A DNA stretch of 64,000 nt from assembly GCF_000143415.4 (NCBI RefSeq), contig NW_003314312.1, forward strand, positions 1,767 to 65,766, written 5' to 3'. The DNA is from Selaginella moellendorffii. Taxonomy: Eukaryota > Plantae > Lycopodiophyta. The translations under genes were made by a program, and so were the position numbers. The notes beneath the pieces were generated by a model. It made no database searches. It saw only the letters and a program-made list of their open reading frames with translations, and was not told where the DNA came from. Below, in pieces: positions 50,165-62,214 of this stretch (its first letter is position 1; each line of letters begins with the position of its first letter).

Positions 50165-51190
50165 GAAGGGGCTGCTGCGATGGGAGCTGATGAATATGAG
50201 CGATGATAGGATTCGTCATGGCCCGTATCTGTCATACTAACTATTGCCCCGTTGGTGTTGCTAGCCAGGTATTGTCTTCTGAACGTGATATTTTGTTTCT
50301 TCTGATGAAGCTTTTCTGTACAATGCGTAGGGGGAAGAGTTGCGTGCTCGATTTCCCGGAGTACGTTGCTGAGTTGTCTTTGATAATTGGTTGTATCTGG
50401 TCATCCTCTGATCACTTCTTATAAATAGGTGAGGGGCCTGCTCGCTCATCTTGGCTCTGAAAAGCTCAACGACGTCATTGGAAGAGTCTGTGGACGTATT
50501 GCAGGCTCCATTGCCAAAGCTTACGGCGGCCACAGGTTCTGGAACATAACGTCAGTGTGCTTTCGAACTATGTCTCACACTTTAGTTTTCTTATTGGCAG
50601 CTCAGGCCAATCCTTCGAGTGTCTCTTGACTCCTGGGATGAACATCAGGCTTATTGGAGAATCTAATGACTACGTTGGCAAGGTGATTTGCTGGCTATGA
50701 CCTTTCTTTCCTCTTCTGCTTGCAACTATCATTAAAAAGAATGCTGTGTAGCAGGGAATGGCTGGCGGGGAGCTAGCTATTATTCCACCCGAGATGACCG
50801 GCTTCGTGCCTGAGGACGCCACGATAATACATGCCTCTACGGAGCTACTGGAAGCCAGTTCTGTGCACGCGGAAAGGCTGGTGAACGATTTGCCGTTCGA
50901 AACAGCAGCACGGAGGCTGTTGTCTCTTGAAGCAAATACGTCTTCCGTCTTTCGTGTTCTCTAATGTTTCAGTGTGGGCGCTGGTATGACCGGTGGCTGG
51001 CATATTTCCTGGACGAAGATGACACAGTCTCCCCAAAGGTTTTAAAAGGTAATGGATCCTCGTTTTTTTCCTCGTTTTTTCGTCTTGCTACGCAGGGCAA
51101 GTCTGGGAGCAGCAGAGCAATCCAAGGTCTCCAAAACTGGGACGCTTTTCTTCCGAAGTTCTGTTCCGCCCAGCGAGGAAGGCACGCGAC
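50165..51190 (+). pseudogene. Ferredoxin-dependent glutamate synthase (Fd-GOGAT) 3' fragment with introns and multiple internal deletions
   Basis: AAMGADEY; MARICHTNYCPVGVASQ|REELRARFPG; [17 protein letters not shown] joined directly to [14 protein letters not shown]; [18 protein letters not shown]|GMAGGELAIIPP...PEDATI; LYGATG...[12 protein letters not shown]; VGAGMTGG. Confidence 0.9.
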
Positions 51191-52408
51191 AGAAGGAACG
51201 AAGTGGTATGTTTATCTCCATATCAGCTGAAGATGATGCAGGTAGCTAGCGACTTGCCTTGCCGATGCATCTCTTATTGCTGATACTGCTCAATGCTTCA
51301 GTGCACACCATTTTGCATGCCTTGTTGGCTTATGGTACCAGGTAATTAATGTTGCGCAGTCTAGCTTTCTGCTCTTCTCTCATTCTGTGCAATTTGGCCT
51401 TTTGTTTTGTTTCCTTCTTTAGTCTAACAGAACTTGAATGTTGGTTTTCGTAATTCAGCTGGCTCGTGAATCTGGGCCAAAGGCTTGTCAGACGAAGGAG
51501 CAAAGGATAGTTTAGGAATGGCGGCGGTAATGTCTGAACATAAAACATTTGTTTGTTTTAACTCTCTTGTTCCCCAGCCGAAAATCACGAAAGGTGTCGA
51601 AGCTTCTCCACAAAGCAGTCCATGAGAGCGTATACGCTGTATATCAAGTGCACCTGAGTTACCGACCTGTAAAAGCGTACAGGATGATTTTCTTCAACTT
51701 CTTAACTTGATTTGTAGGTTCTTCGGGATCTGAGCATTCCACTGTCAAGAATTGTGCCTCACTTATTTCTCACGATGGTGTTGCGAAGGCTAATGCAGAG
51801 GTGCATTCTATTGTTGTTTTATAACGGTGGAATCAATCAGCATGCCGGATTACGGAGGTTCCATGGACATTTGTAGGCAAAACCAGCCTGGTTTTATGAC
51901 TGTTCAAAGGTGGGATGTTCAATGGAAAAAAAAAAAACACTTTTTTTCCAACCAGTCTCCTCGTGCTCGTAGCAGCTTGCAAGGTTTTAGAAGAGAATCC
52001 GCGACGTCTACAAGCATATCACATTTCCCTGGAGAAAAGCCCGCGTCGTTCCGAGCAAACACACTATGGTAGCTCGGACAGAACAATCCCTTTCTCTCTT
52101 AGCAGCAGTCTGGTTCAATCTCGTCCCTGCTGAGAAGGTCTCAGTTTTCACGTCAATTGCTTTTCGATCACCACACATGAGATCTTCAAGCTACGATCTT
52201 GGACTGGAGTGATTTACTTCACAAAAGGAGCACATTGCGTACTCATGGTTCTTCAATGTCTTGCAGGTCAGCTTCTGGACTGCTTGCTCTCTTTCCGTCA
52301 GTCGTTGGAGAGAGTGAAGAAAGAAAAAGGAGAATGGTCTTTAGGCTAACCCCTTTTAGGGCACCATCCCTTGCATAAAGATTGGGTTTTCCTTCGGGTC
52401 AGGGCAGA

Positions 52409-53530
52409 ATGGAGCGCCTAACGGAGGATCTCTTGCTCCAGATCTTTGCGGGCTTGGAGCTTGACGATCTGGGGAGGCTGCGGTGCGTGTGTAGATCCTG
52501 GCACAGCGCCATTGCTTCGCAGGGATTCGCCAAGCAATGGAAGAACAGGGACCAGGTCTGTTGTGTCTTGCGCACCAAGGACAGCATCCACAGAGAAGTG
52601 TGGTTCCCGGGCAGCGGCGCAAGAAGATCTACCGGATTGAATCCGGGGCCTCGTGGGTGTTTCTCCATTGGGGTTTCTTCTTCACACGGCCTGGTTTGCG
52701 GATTGCTACCAGAAGAGGGGCGCTACTGGAACACGCCTGACACAGCATGGAAGTTTGTGGTAGGAAATCCATTGACAAACAAATGGAGGCGGCTGCCTCC
52801 AATCGATATCCCTTCTCGTCCGCTCTCCACCATGGAAAGGATCCATCTCCAGGCTGATCCGTCCAAAGGTTCCTACAAGCTGGCGATCACCTACAGTGAA
52901 GTTGGCAGTGACTACGAAGTGATCTACCAGGCGCGCCAGTATGATTCAGAGTCGCGGGTTTGGACCTCGGCAGTGCCCTTTATTGGCGAGCACGACGGCG
53001 CAAATACGAAGATCGACGGCTCCGTGCTGGGAAGCGCGGGGCTCCATTACCCTCCATACTTTCTCATGGCCTACAATCCAGATTCCATGGCCTGGTCTTG
53101 TCACAAGCACTTTGCGGGTGATCGCGATCCAACTCCCCTCAATGAATCTGTCTACAAGGAGTACAAGCTCCTTGACAGCACCGCCTTATCTGGAGTCTTG
53201 AGGTGGAGAGGCAGGAATTTCATGGTGACGCACTCGTTTAGCTGCGTGGTGCTCTGGGAGCTGGACACTGTGGCAGGAGAGTGGAAGGTTTTGTCAAGCA
53301 GGCGGTATAAGGAGCTGTATGGCACGAGGCCGTCGAGAAGGAACTCGGATATCCAGGCGCTGCTTGTTGGGAGCACAATAGTTTTCTCGGATCGCTACGG
53401 GACCCTGTACGTGTATGCGCCGTATGCGTACAACCTCGAGGACTCAACTTGGCACTCGTCAGCTTCGAGTGCGGACACGGGCACTGCACTCAGCTGCGCA
53501 TTCATACCCAGCTTTAACGTCGAGCCATAG
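52409..53530 (+). CDS. F-box protein (N-terminal F-box, Kelch/FBA-like C-terminus), intronless
   Basis: MERLTEDLLLQIFAGLELDDLGRLRCVCRSWHSAI; SSSHGLVC; VGNPLTNKWRRLPP. Confidence 0.92.
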   Translation: MERLTEDLLLQIFAGLELDDLGRLRCVCRSWHSAIASQGFAKQWKNRDQVCCVLRTKDSIHREVWFPGSGARRSTGLNPGPRGCFSIGVSSSHGLVCGLLPEEGRYWNTPDTAWKFVVGNPLTNKWRRLPPIDIPSRPLSTMERIHLQADPSKGSYKLAITYSEVGSDYEVIYQARQYDSESRVWTSAVPFIGEHDGANTKIDGSVLGSAGLHYPPYFLMAYNPDSMAWSCHKHFAGDRDPTPLNESVYKEYKLLDSTALSGVLRWRGRNFMVTHSFSCVVLWELDTVAGEWKVLSSRRYKELYGTRPSRRNSDIQALLVGSTIVFSDRYGTLYVYAPYAYNLEDSTWHSSASSADTGTALSCAFIPSFNVEP

Positions 53531-55277
53531 GAGAATCTCGCGAGCATCTTGCGAGAGGTGAGTACTTAGTTTCATAGGAGCGGTACAGGAGCGGTCTAAA
53601 GGTGGGATTTTTCCTTGGGCTTTCTTCACTGTTTGCATAACTGGAGATTTGCAGTGAGGAACACGTGAAAAACTCTGCGATCCTGCCTGCGCCTGCGCGG
53701 AGGTAAGCTCGAAAAGCTAAGCAAGACCGCAGAGCTACGACTCTTACCACGCCAAGCTACGACTTGCACAGATTGGTAGCAATAGTGCCCTGACGGACAA
53801 AGGAGCGTCGGCTCCTCTGTCAACCGACGCTCAAGGTCTACAACATTCCACTGCAGAAAAAACATACTCAAGAAAGCAGAGCCGCTGCCGAAGAAACGCT
53901 GCGTGGGCGATTTCCTGCCGAGGGAAGAGCTCCCGGGAGAGAATCTGGATTGAATCGCTCCCGGGACAAAGTTATTGGCTGATCTTTCGTCTCACCACCG
54001 AAAATCATTATTTATGTAATGAGAACAGCGAATGTACCGTAGAATCTTTTGCTCGTTTGAAAATTTCTTGTGGTTTACTTCTATCGATTCTGCTGCTGCT
54101 CAGGTGAATCTCACGGGAGGCTACTACAGAGGTTGGCGTTCACGATCATACTGTAGCTCGGGTTGGCAGAGCTGGATAACGCTCGCGCAGCCATTCGCTG
54201 AGGGACCGACTACCTCCGCTCCGCCTTTGTCCCGCCAGCCACCCTCTGGTCATGGATGCCCACTTGCTGCCACGTCAATCCATCCAAGCCCGGCTGCTGT
54301 GGCCTGGAGAATTTGGAAAAACAGGGAAGAAGAAGATGGCCATCCCCTATGGCTAAATGGTTTGGTGAAGCTGGGAATGTATGGGCAACTGGCCTCAACA
54401 GTCGTCAAGGTCCATGAGCTCTGGCACAAGTCTCTCAGTGTTACGGGGTTAGAAATCTGGTGGTCGTAACAAAGAAACAAATTTTCAAGTGAGCACGGAT
54501 GATGTCACACATGTTGTAGAGACAAGTGATTATGACTAGGTTCACTAGGGTTTTGCGCAACCCACTCTATTCTCTTGGAGAAAGGTGGGGTTTAACTTTC
54601 AAATGAAAATTTCCCTTTAAACATAAAGGAGCTTAAAAGAAAAATACAAGAATAGTAAAAGAATCTTGGAAGAGAAAGAGGTGGAATTTAGGTGGCTGGA
54701 TCTTGAGAAGTTAGCCCAAGAGAAAAAGATTGTCTACGAGAATCGAGAATCATCTCCAGCACATGAACAGCAAGTATGAAAACAACCAGTTCTTTGTTTC
54801 CATGGACCAGCAAGCTATGAAGAAGCTCTAACTGACACATGCAAATGGAGATCAAAGGCTTAAGGATCTACTTGAGCAGGATCAGCAAATCCAAGAGTGC
54901 TGCTTGAAGGATCTTCAAGATTGTGGGCTGAGAATCAGCAGCTTAAGGAGGACGTCCATAACCAAGAGAAGAAAATGGAGGCAGCTATAGCCAGGATGGA
55001 GGAAGAACACGAGGAAGCCGTCTATCCTAGAGAAAAAGATGGAAGAAATTCTACAAGGCAAGGATGTTGATTATGGGAGCCAAGGACGCCAAGCAAGGAC
55101 TTTGCTTGGGAGAAGCTCAGCACTTTGAACATCATCAAGCATTAGCTATTAAAGAGAGTTCACTCCAGATATTTTATAGTCGATTCTTAGAGATTCAGCA
55201 ACTCCCCTGAGAGATTCCACCAAAGGAGCAGTATTTACAAGAAACAACTATACATTTTTATTACCCCTTATTTGTAG

Positions 55278-55848
55278 CTAGTGCATTGGTGGAGAAAACA
55301 CTGGTGGTTGAATGGGAAGGAAAGGGGGAGGCTCAAACAACGGCTGTGGTGGTGGCGGCGGCGGCGGCGATGGTGGTGGAAACATTGCCAGTGGAGGCGA
55401 TGGCGGTGGTGGAAACCAGGCATGGAACGGTGAAGGTGGCGGCAGCGATGGTGGCGAAAGTGTAAAATGGGGTGGCGATGGCGGTGTGGCCGTTAAGTGC
55501 GATGGCGGTGGTGGTGGTGGCTCTGATGTTGGCGGCACCAATGGTGGCGGCGGACTGTGGTGCTGGTGGTGATTTTTCCTGTGACGCTTCTTCTTGTGAT
55601 GGTTGCAACTCTGCTGCTCGTGATGAGAAGTAGTGACTATATTTTCGGTGGGCGCTGTAAGCTCATAGTCTACGAGTCCATGGCCGTGATGACATGGTGG
55701 TGGCGGAGGCGGTGGCGGCGGCGCTCGAGCAGAGATTTCTGGCAAGAGATGATAGTGTAATGAGTTCCCAAAAGAAAATGAACTGCCTATTACCTTGAAA
55801 TGTGTAGAACAAAACGAGGAGAGTCGCAAGAAGCACTGGCGAAGCCAT
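55278..55848 (-). CDS. Secreted proline/histidine-rich (extensin-like) protein, 2 exons
   Basis: Exon 1 signal peptide MASPVLLATLLVLFYTFQ (55794-55848); GT-AG intron ~55739-55793; exon 2 with poly-Pro/SPPP and a His/Lys cluster. Confidence 0.75.
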
Positions 55849-56176
55849 TCAGAGCCTTAGAATTCCGGATGTGCTGAATGAATGACGCAATCGCGGTTTC
55901 TTAAATACCAGATGGCGACTTTGTAACGTTCTTCGCGCGGTAGATTCCACACAAATGTTCCTCTCGGATCTCATGAACACTGGCTGGGTGTAACGCCTTC
56001 TGCGAAAAACAATGGAAGGAAACAAGGAAACGAAAATCACGATATGATTGATACATTTCTCTGCCAGTTTCATAAGAACCTGATGAAACTCCACAAGCTT
56101 AGATTAGCAGTCCAAAGGAAAGAAGGAAACAAACTTGGCTTACCAACAGCACTGAAACTCTGAGAATTTCTCTCCT

Positions 56177-57346
56177 TCAGTACCTCTCCACGAGAAGAAA
56201 ATCATCGTCCTTGAGCAGCCGGACTTCCGTGCAGCCAGGGAAATTCTCGCGTCCAATGCCCTCGACGATCTTCACGAACTCTTGCCTCTTCTCAACGTTG
56301 AGAGGAGCATACGGTAGCCGAAAGACCGGCCGGATGAGCCCGAGCTGCGACAAGGCAGTGTTTAGTCCGATGGGATTCGGCTCCACGAACAGCCAGTTGA
56401 TCAAAGGCATCAGCTTCTCGTTGCGCTCCTGGTTCTTCCCGGAGAACATGAGCTCGTGCATCAACTTGGGAACCAAGTTGCTCACCACCGAAATCACACC
56501 TCGAGCACCGAAGTCCCACCTCGAGTCATGGCACTGATCGTCGTTTCCACTCCACACCGCAATCCCCTGCTCAGTGTAGTGCTTCACGCGTTCGTTTCCC
56601 ATACACTCCTTGACACCCAGGAAGTTTGGACTGCTCGCTATCTTCTCGATCACCGACGGTGGAATGTCTTGGCCAGTTCTTCCGGGAACGTTATAGATCA
56701 CAGTCGGACCCATAGCGAGCACGCTCTTGAAGTGGAGCAAAAGCCCATCCATGGACGTCTTCCCGTAGTAAGGATTGATGTGGAGCGCAGCATGCATGCC
56801 CGCCGCAAATCCCTGCTCGGTCGCGTGGATCGCCTCTCGAGTGGAGTTGCTGCCAGTGTTTCCAATCACTTTTATCTTGTCTCCAAAGCAATTCACCGTG
56901 TGGGCGATGAGCATGATGTGCTCGTCCCAGTTCATGAGATGACCCTCTCCTGTGGTTCCCCCTACGATAAGTCCCTCCACACCGTGATCGACCTGGGTTC
57001 TTACCAGTGAATCGTAAGCTTCCAGATCAAACCTTCCATCTGGAAGATATGGAGTCTTGATAGCCGAGATGAGCCTCAGCTTCTTCATCTCTTCCACGGG
57101 CGTACTGCAAGAAAATATATCAGAGAAACGAATATACAACCCAGAGATCTCTCGAAATTCTGGTTACCTGTTCTTGAGCTCGTTGCTACGCATCGGCAAT
57201 GGTGTGGATTGCATGACAGCCGCCCTGATTTGGAGACAAGCTCTCCTAGATCCGCAGCGCGCGGCGGATCGCGGCGCTCTTCCCAGCGTGCCGCAGAGCG
57301 CAGAGCTCGCCAGCGCCCGGCATTCTTGCGTCCGGATCTCCGGCAT
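56177..57346 (-). CDS. DHDPS: 4-hydroxy-tetrahydrodipicolinate synthase (DHDPS), plastid-targeted, 2 exons
   Basis: [51 protein letters not shown]. Transit-peptide exon 57168-57346; intron 57105-57167. Confidence 0.96.
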
Positions 57347-57433
57347 TGCGATGGAAGCCTCCGCTCGCCCTCGCCCTATTCTTTTTAGGGTTCTTCCCAA
57401 TGCGATGGATCGATACGCGATGAATCCAGGGGA

Positions 57434-59560
57434 ATGCGCGCTCCAGCTCCAAAATGTAAGATCTCCGCCGCGAAATGTCTCCTCCTGGATCGCAGCTGCT
57501 CGTTCGAGCGGCAGCAGAATCGACTGGATTCGCAGCGACCGGACGTCTTCCTCTTGCTGGCCGGATTGAAGGCCTGTGGCAGCACCAGAGATCTCGACAG
57601 CGGCAAAAGAATCCACAGCGATGCGATCGAAGCTGGATTCCACGCCACGAACTATGTGATGAACAGTCTTGTCCACATGTACGCCAAGTGTGAGAGCATG
57701 GAGCTCTCTCGCCAGATCTTTGACACGATGGATCATCGTACAGTGGTTTCTTGGAATTCCTTGATCCTGGGATACGCGGCAAACGGCCAAGGTAGCACGG
57801 CGCTGGATCTTTTCCACAGCATGGAGCGAGAAGATGGATCGAGCTCTCCGAATTCGCGGACTTTCGTGGCTGTTCTTACGGCTTGCTCGAGTTTGGCATC
57901 GAGAGAAGAGCCGAAAGTTATGGACGGGAAGTTTGTGAGACTGGGATCTCTGGAGAAAGGCCGGATGATCCACTCGCAAGCCAGGAAGAATGGCTGCGAC
58001 TCGGACACTTTCGTCTCCAACAGCTTGATCGACATGTACTCCAAGTGTGGAAGCGTGGTGGAAGCTCGACAGATCTTCGACGTGATGCTCCATCGCTCCA
58101 TCGTCTCGTGGAACTCTATGATGCTGGGATACGTCGAGAATGGCGAGCCCGAGCAAGCTCTTGGACTGTTCTCTCGATTGGAGCGTCAAGGTGGCGGTGT
58201 TCTTCCGGACGCTCGGACTCTAGTCGCCGGCTTGATGGCTTGCTCGAGCTTGGCCAAGCGAGCTGGCGACGACACACTCGAGAAGATCTTGGAAAAGGGG
58301 GTGGAGCTCCACTGGAGAGCCAAGCAGCTTGGTTACGAGTCACAGCTCTTCGTCGCCAACACTCTGATCGACATGTACTCGAAGTGTGGGAGCCTGGAGA
58401 AGGCAAAGCTGGTCTTCGATTCCATGCCTGCTCGAGACGTCGTCTCCTGGAACACGCTACTGCTGGGATTCTCCGAGAGTGGCGACGATCAAAAGATGGT
58501 GCTCGAGCACTTCCAGCAAATGCAAGCCGAGAGGTTCGCTCCAAACTCTCGGACCTTCGTTGCCGTGATCGGTGCCTGCTCGGCTCTGGCAGCAGCGCAG
58601 TCGAAGAAGAAAGCTAGAGCTAGGGACGAAGAAGAAGCTTGGCTGGACAAGGGAGTGGCAATCCATGGCCAAGCAGTGATCGCTGGCTGCGACACAGACC
58701 TCTTCGTTGCGAGCTCCCTGGTGGACATGTACGCCAAGTGTGGCTCCATGGAGCTCGCTCGCAAAGTCTTCGACTCCATGCCTCGCCACGACACAGTCTC
58801 GTGGAACACACTCATCCTGGGATACGGTGACAACGGCGAGAGCCACTCCGCTCTAGAATCCTTCGCTCGAATGCGGCGAGAAGGTACTTCCACTCCAGAC
58901 AGTCTAACTTTCGTCTCGGCTCTCAATGCTTGCAGCAAGCTCTCGGCTATGGAGATGGGCAGAACGATCCACGCCGACGTCCACCGCTATGGCCAGGAAG
59001 CCGAAGTTCTCATCACGAACGCCCTGGTGGATTTCTACGGGAGCTGTGGATGCACCGCGCACGCCGCTAGAGTCTTCTACTCGGCTTTCACCACCGACTT
59101 GGTCACTTTCAGCTCGATCATCGCGTGTTACAGCCGGGGTGGGGACTGCCACCGAGTGTTTTCCAGCTTCCGCGAGATGATCGAGCAGAAGCTCCGGCCA
59201 GACGCCATGACTTTCTCGTCGATCCTCAGTGCCTGTAGCCACGCCGGTCTCGTCGAGCAGGGGGAGTACTACTTCGAGGCCATGAGCCGCGTGTACCAAG
59301 TCGCCCCCGACATGGATCACTACCACTGCTTGATCGATCTTCTCGGGAGGGCCAACCGGATCGACGAGGCGCTCGAGCTCGCGAGAAAGATGCCTTTCCA
59401 GCCGAATTCCCTGACCTGGACGACGCTGCTGAGCGCCGCAACCAAGTGGAAGAACGAGAGCGTGGGGAAGGTAGCGTTTGACGCACTGGCCAGCTTTGGT
59501 GGCGAATCCTCCGCGACGTACTCTTTGCTGGCAAATATTTTCACGTTTAACAAGAAGTAG
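57434..59560 (+). CDS. PLS-class PPR protein with truncated E domain, no DYW; intronless
   Basis: Repeated NSLIDMYSKCGS...A..FD.M..R.VVSWN motifs; C-terminal HYHCLIDLLGRA...MPFQPNSLTWTTLLSA...YSLLANIF. Confidence 0.93.
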   Translation: MRAPAPKCKISAAKCLLLDRSCSFERQQNRLDSQRPDVFLLLAGLKACGSTRDLDSGKRIHSDAIEAGFHATNYVMNSLVHMYAKCESMELSRQIFDTMDHRTVVSWNSLILGYAANGQGSTALDLFHSMEREDGSSSPNSRTFVAVLTACSSLASREEPKVMDGKFVRLGSLEKGRMIHSQARKNGCDSDTFVSNSLIDMYSKCGSVVEARQIFDVMLHRSIVSWNSMMLGYVENGEPEQALGLFSRLERQGGGVLPDARTLVAGLMACSSLAKRAGDDTLEKILEKGVELHWRAKQLGYESQLFVANTLIDMYSKCGSLEKAKLVFDSMPARDVVSWNTLLLGFSESGDDQKMVLEHFQQMQAERFAPNSRTFVAVIGACSALAAAQSKKKARARDEEEAWLDKGVAIHGQAVIAGCDTDLFVASSLVDMYAKCGSMELARKVFDSMPRHDTVSWNTLILGYGDNGESHSALESFARMRREGTSTPDSLTFVSALNACSKLSAMEMGRTIHADVHRYGQEAEVLITNALVDFYGSCGCTAHAARVFYSAFTTDLVTFSSIIACYSRGGDCHRVFSSFREMIEQKLRPDAMTFSSILSACSHAGLVEQGEYYFEAMSRVYQVAPDMDHYHCLIDLLGRANRIDEALELARKMPFQPNSLTWTTLLSAATKWKNESVGKVAFDALASFGGESSATYSLLANIFTFNKK

Positions 59561-59912
59561 CAGCTCAAAATTAAATATACATTGTTTAGAAGAATAACAA
59601 TTATAAGATAAAATGACTGGACTTATTTATTTATTATTTATCAATATATTTTAAAATATTCTTGCTATAGTTCTACAGTAAGGCAATTGACAAAACTAAT
59701 GAATCAAAAAGTTAATAAAAGCGGTTTAACATTATTTCATATACATAATTTAGATTTTTTATAATACCAGTTGGCTAAAACCTAGATAGCTGTATTTAAT
59801 TTTAGAAAATTAAAATAAAATGGTGGTATATTCCATTTAACTAATTAAACATGACTTTTATAAAAGATTGACTTAATAAATATTTTAAAATAAATAATAT
59901 AAATTTTTATTG

Positions 59913-62114
59913 TGTGAGTGCATGGAATATGGAAAGGGAATACAGAAATGTGCATATCAATTAACCCAAAAACCCTAGTTTATATACAGGAGCGAGTGGT
60001 CCGGATTGAAACTAATCCGACGGCTACCAAAATCCACTACGCTAATATTAGTATACGACATCGTAGCTGTACACTTGGCCCTCACATCATCCCCTCCTCT
60101 CGGAATAATGGAAGGCCGTCAGGGTTCTCTTGTAGATGGGCCGGGATCTGGAGGAACGTCAGGAGGAGGCATCGGTGGATCTGTAGACGGTATTAACTGC
60201 TCCTGATCCCTCTGTATGAAGCGTTTTAACCGCTGCACATGCACAATCTCCAGAGGATCGGCCTGCTGAACGTCATGCCGAACCTCATAAACTTGTGGTC
60301 CAACTTGCTGCAACACACGATACGGTCCTTTCCACTGCGCAAGGAGCCCCTTAGATAAACCACGTACCGTAAGATGGGGAAAACGGACTAACACCAAATC
60401 ATCCACTTTGTACTCCGCTGGTGGACGATGATGGGAATTGTAGCGCCGTTGTTGTCCCACTTGTACGCGGCCTAAGTGTTCAGCAGACTCTGCTCGGACA
60501 AGTGGAAGAATGCTTGTCAAATATTGATCCCATGACCTAGCATCAGGAGCTCGTGGCAATCGCGAAGGTAAACCTAGCTCTGTTGGTAATATTGGATCAT
60601 GACCATATAGAAGTTTATATGGTGAAGCACCAACAGAACTCTGCACCCCTGTGACATAAGCATACCGAAGAGACGGCAAATAACCATCCCAATCCGAATG
60701 TTGAAAGTTCATATACTTCGCAATCATCCCTTTGAATGTCCGAACGAGCCGTTCCACCAGACCGTCTGATTGTGGATGATAAGCACTCGTAGAAGTGTGG
60801 CGTATCCCCAACCGAGATGTCAAAACATGAAATACCTCAGCCATAAATGCAGGACCATTATCCGAAAGAATCCGTTCTGGACAAGAATGCTGGAACACCA
60901 CTCGATTGAGGAGGAAGTATCCAACAGCAGTTGCAGAGGCACTAGCAAGAGCACCAACTTCCACCCAACGAGTCAAGTAGTCAGAAGCAATAATAACATA
61001 CTCATTGCCAGCAGTCGATCGCGGAAAAGGTCCCATAAGATCAAATGCCACCAACTCAAACGGACGAGAAACTGCAATTGACTCCAACCGTCCTTCCGCA
61101 GCACAAGGGGGAGTATTACGAGCTTGGCACCAAACGCAGCTACGCACATACCGGATAATATCATGTCGCATCTCTGGCCAATAGAAAGATCTGCGCAACT
61201 TCTCGGTGACACGACGGTGTCCCATATGCCCACCTAGAATAGGAGAATCATGGTAGGCATGGAGAAACCGCGGAATAAACACCGAAGGCACCACCAGCCG
61301 TAAATGAGCATCAGGATCCGTCCCCACAAAATAAAGAAGGCCATCTTCAAGGCGATATTGAGAATGTAAATGCCGAAAAGGCAAGTCATCAACAAGTGAT
61401 GCAGGATTCTCAAACCCATCTCGAAGCCTTCGAATCCATGGCTCAATCTTTTGAGCCTCGCGAACCTCATCCAGAGAAGGTAGATCTTGCTCTACGCCCT
61501 GTGGACACTGAATGTCAAGGACAGCAACCGCCGACGGCACAGAATCCTCATCTAGAAAATCCACAGATGCTGGAACAACAGGTTCGTCAGAAACATGAGA
61601 AGTGAGTGGAGAAGGAAGAGGAGCGCGAGAAAGGGCATCAGCATCAGCCATAGAACTCCCTGAGCGATGAACAACATCAAAATCATATATCTGAAGCTTC
61701 AAAGCCCATCGAGCCGTACGACCAACCAGGTTCTTCCGCTTCAATAATGAAGTAACACCAGCATGGTCACCTTCAAGTAACGTCCGAGAACCATGTAGAT
61801 AGGCATGAAGTTTCTCGAAACCCCAGACTGCTGCTAAACACTCCTTCTCCGTCATGGAGTAGTTCATCTCCGCTGGTTGTAATGTACGGCTTATGTATGC
61901 AATGGGATGGCGCTGACCAGGCACACTCGAGCTCTCTTGCATCAACACACCTCCAAGACCAATGTCAGAAGCATCCACGCGCAAAATAAAAGGTCGAGTG
62001 TAGTCAGGATATGCCAAAACCGGAGGAGTCGTCAATAGCTCTTTGAGATTCACGAACGCCCGCTCACAATCGGGAGACCAGATGAAAGATGACGTTGATG
62101 ACTTCAGCAATGCT
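59913..62114 (-). mobile_element. 3' part of an apparently young Gypsy element (intact RNaseH-integrase ORF, PPT, 174-bp LTR), cut by a gap
   Basis: RVDASDIGLGGVL...YSMTEKECLA...DADALSR; HHCC, ILSDNGPAF, WKGPY; no chromodomain visible. PPT (rc agaggaggggatga) 60087-60100. LTR 59913-60086 with TGTGAG...CTCACA. Confidence 0.93.
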
Positions 62115-62214
62115 NNNNNNNNNNNNNNNNNNNNNNNNNNNNNNNNNNNNNNNNNNNNNNNNNNNNNNNNNNNNNNNNNNNNNNNNNNNNNNNNNNNNNN
62201 NNNNNNNNNNNNNN

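Noticed and set aside
53536-53570. Small GC hairpin after the F-box stop as a Helitron 3' end
   Set aside because: Not followed by a canonical CTRR terminus at the expected distance.
54600-55150. Coiled-coil-like decayed coding stretch, possibly SGS3/XH-like
   Set aside because: Many stops and no diagnostic motif; cannot be assigned.
55312-55572. Gly-rich plus-strand ORF
   Set aside because: Antisense shadow of the Pro-rich gene, which has the signal peptide and intron.
57057-59568. Many overlapping alternative-frame ORFs over DHDPS and the PPR gene
   Set aside because: Expected by-products of GC-rich coding sequence; no motifs.
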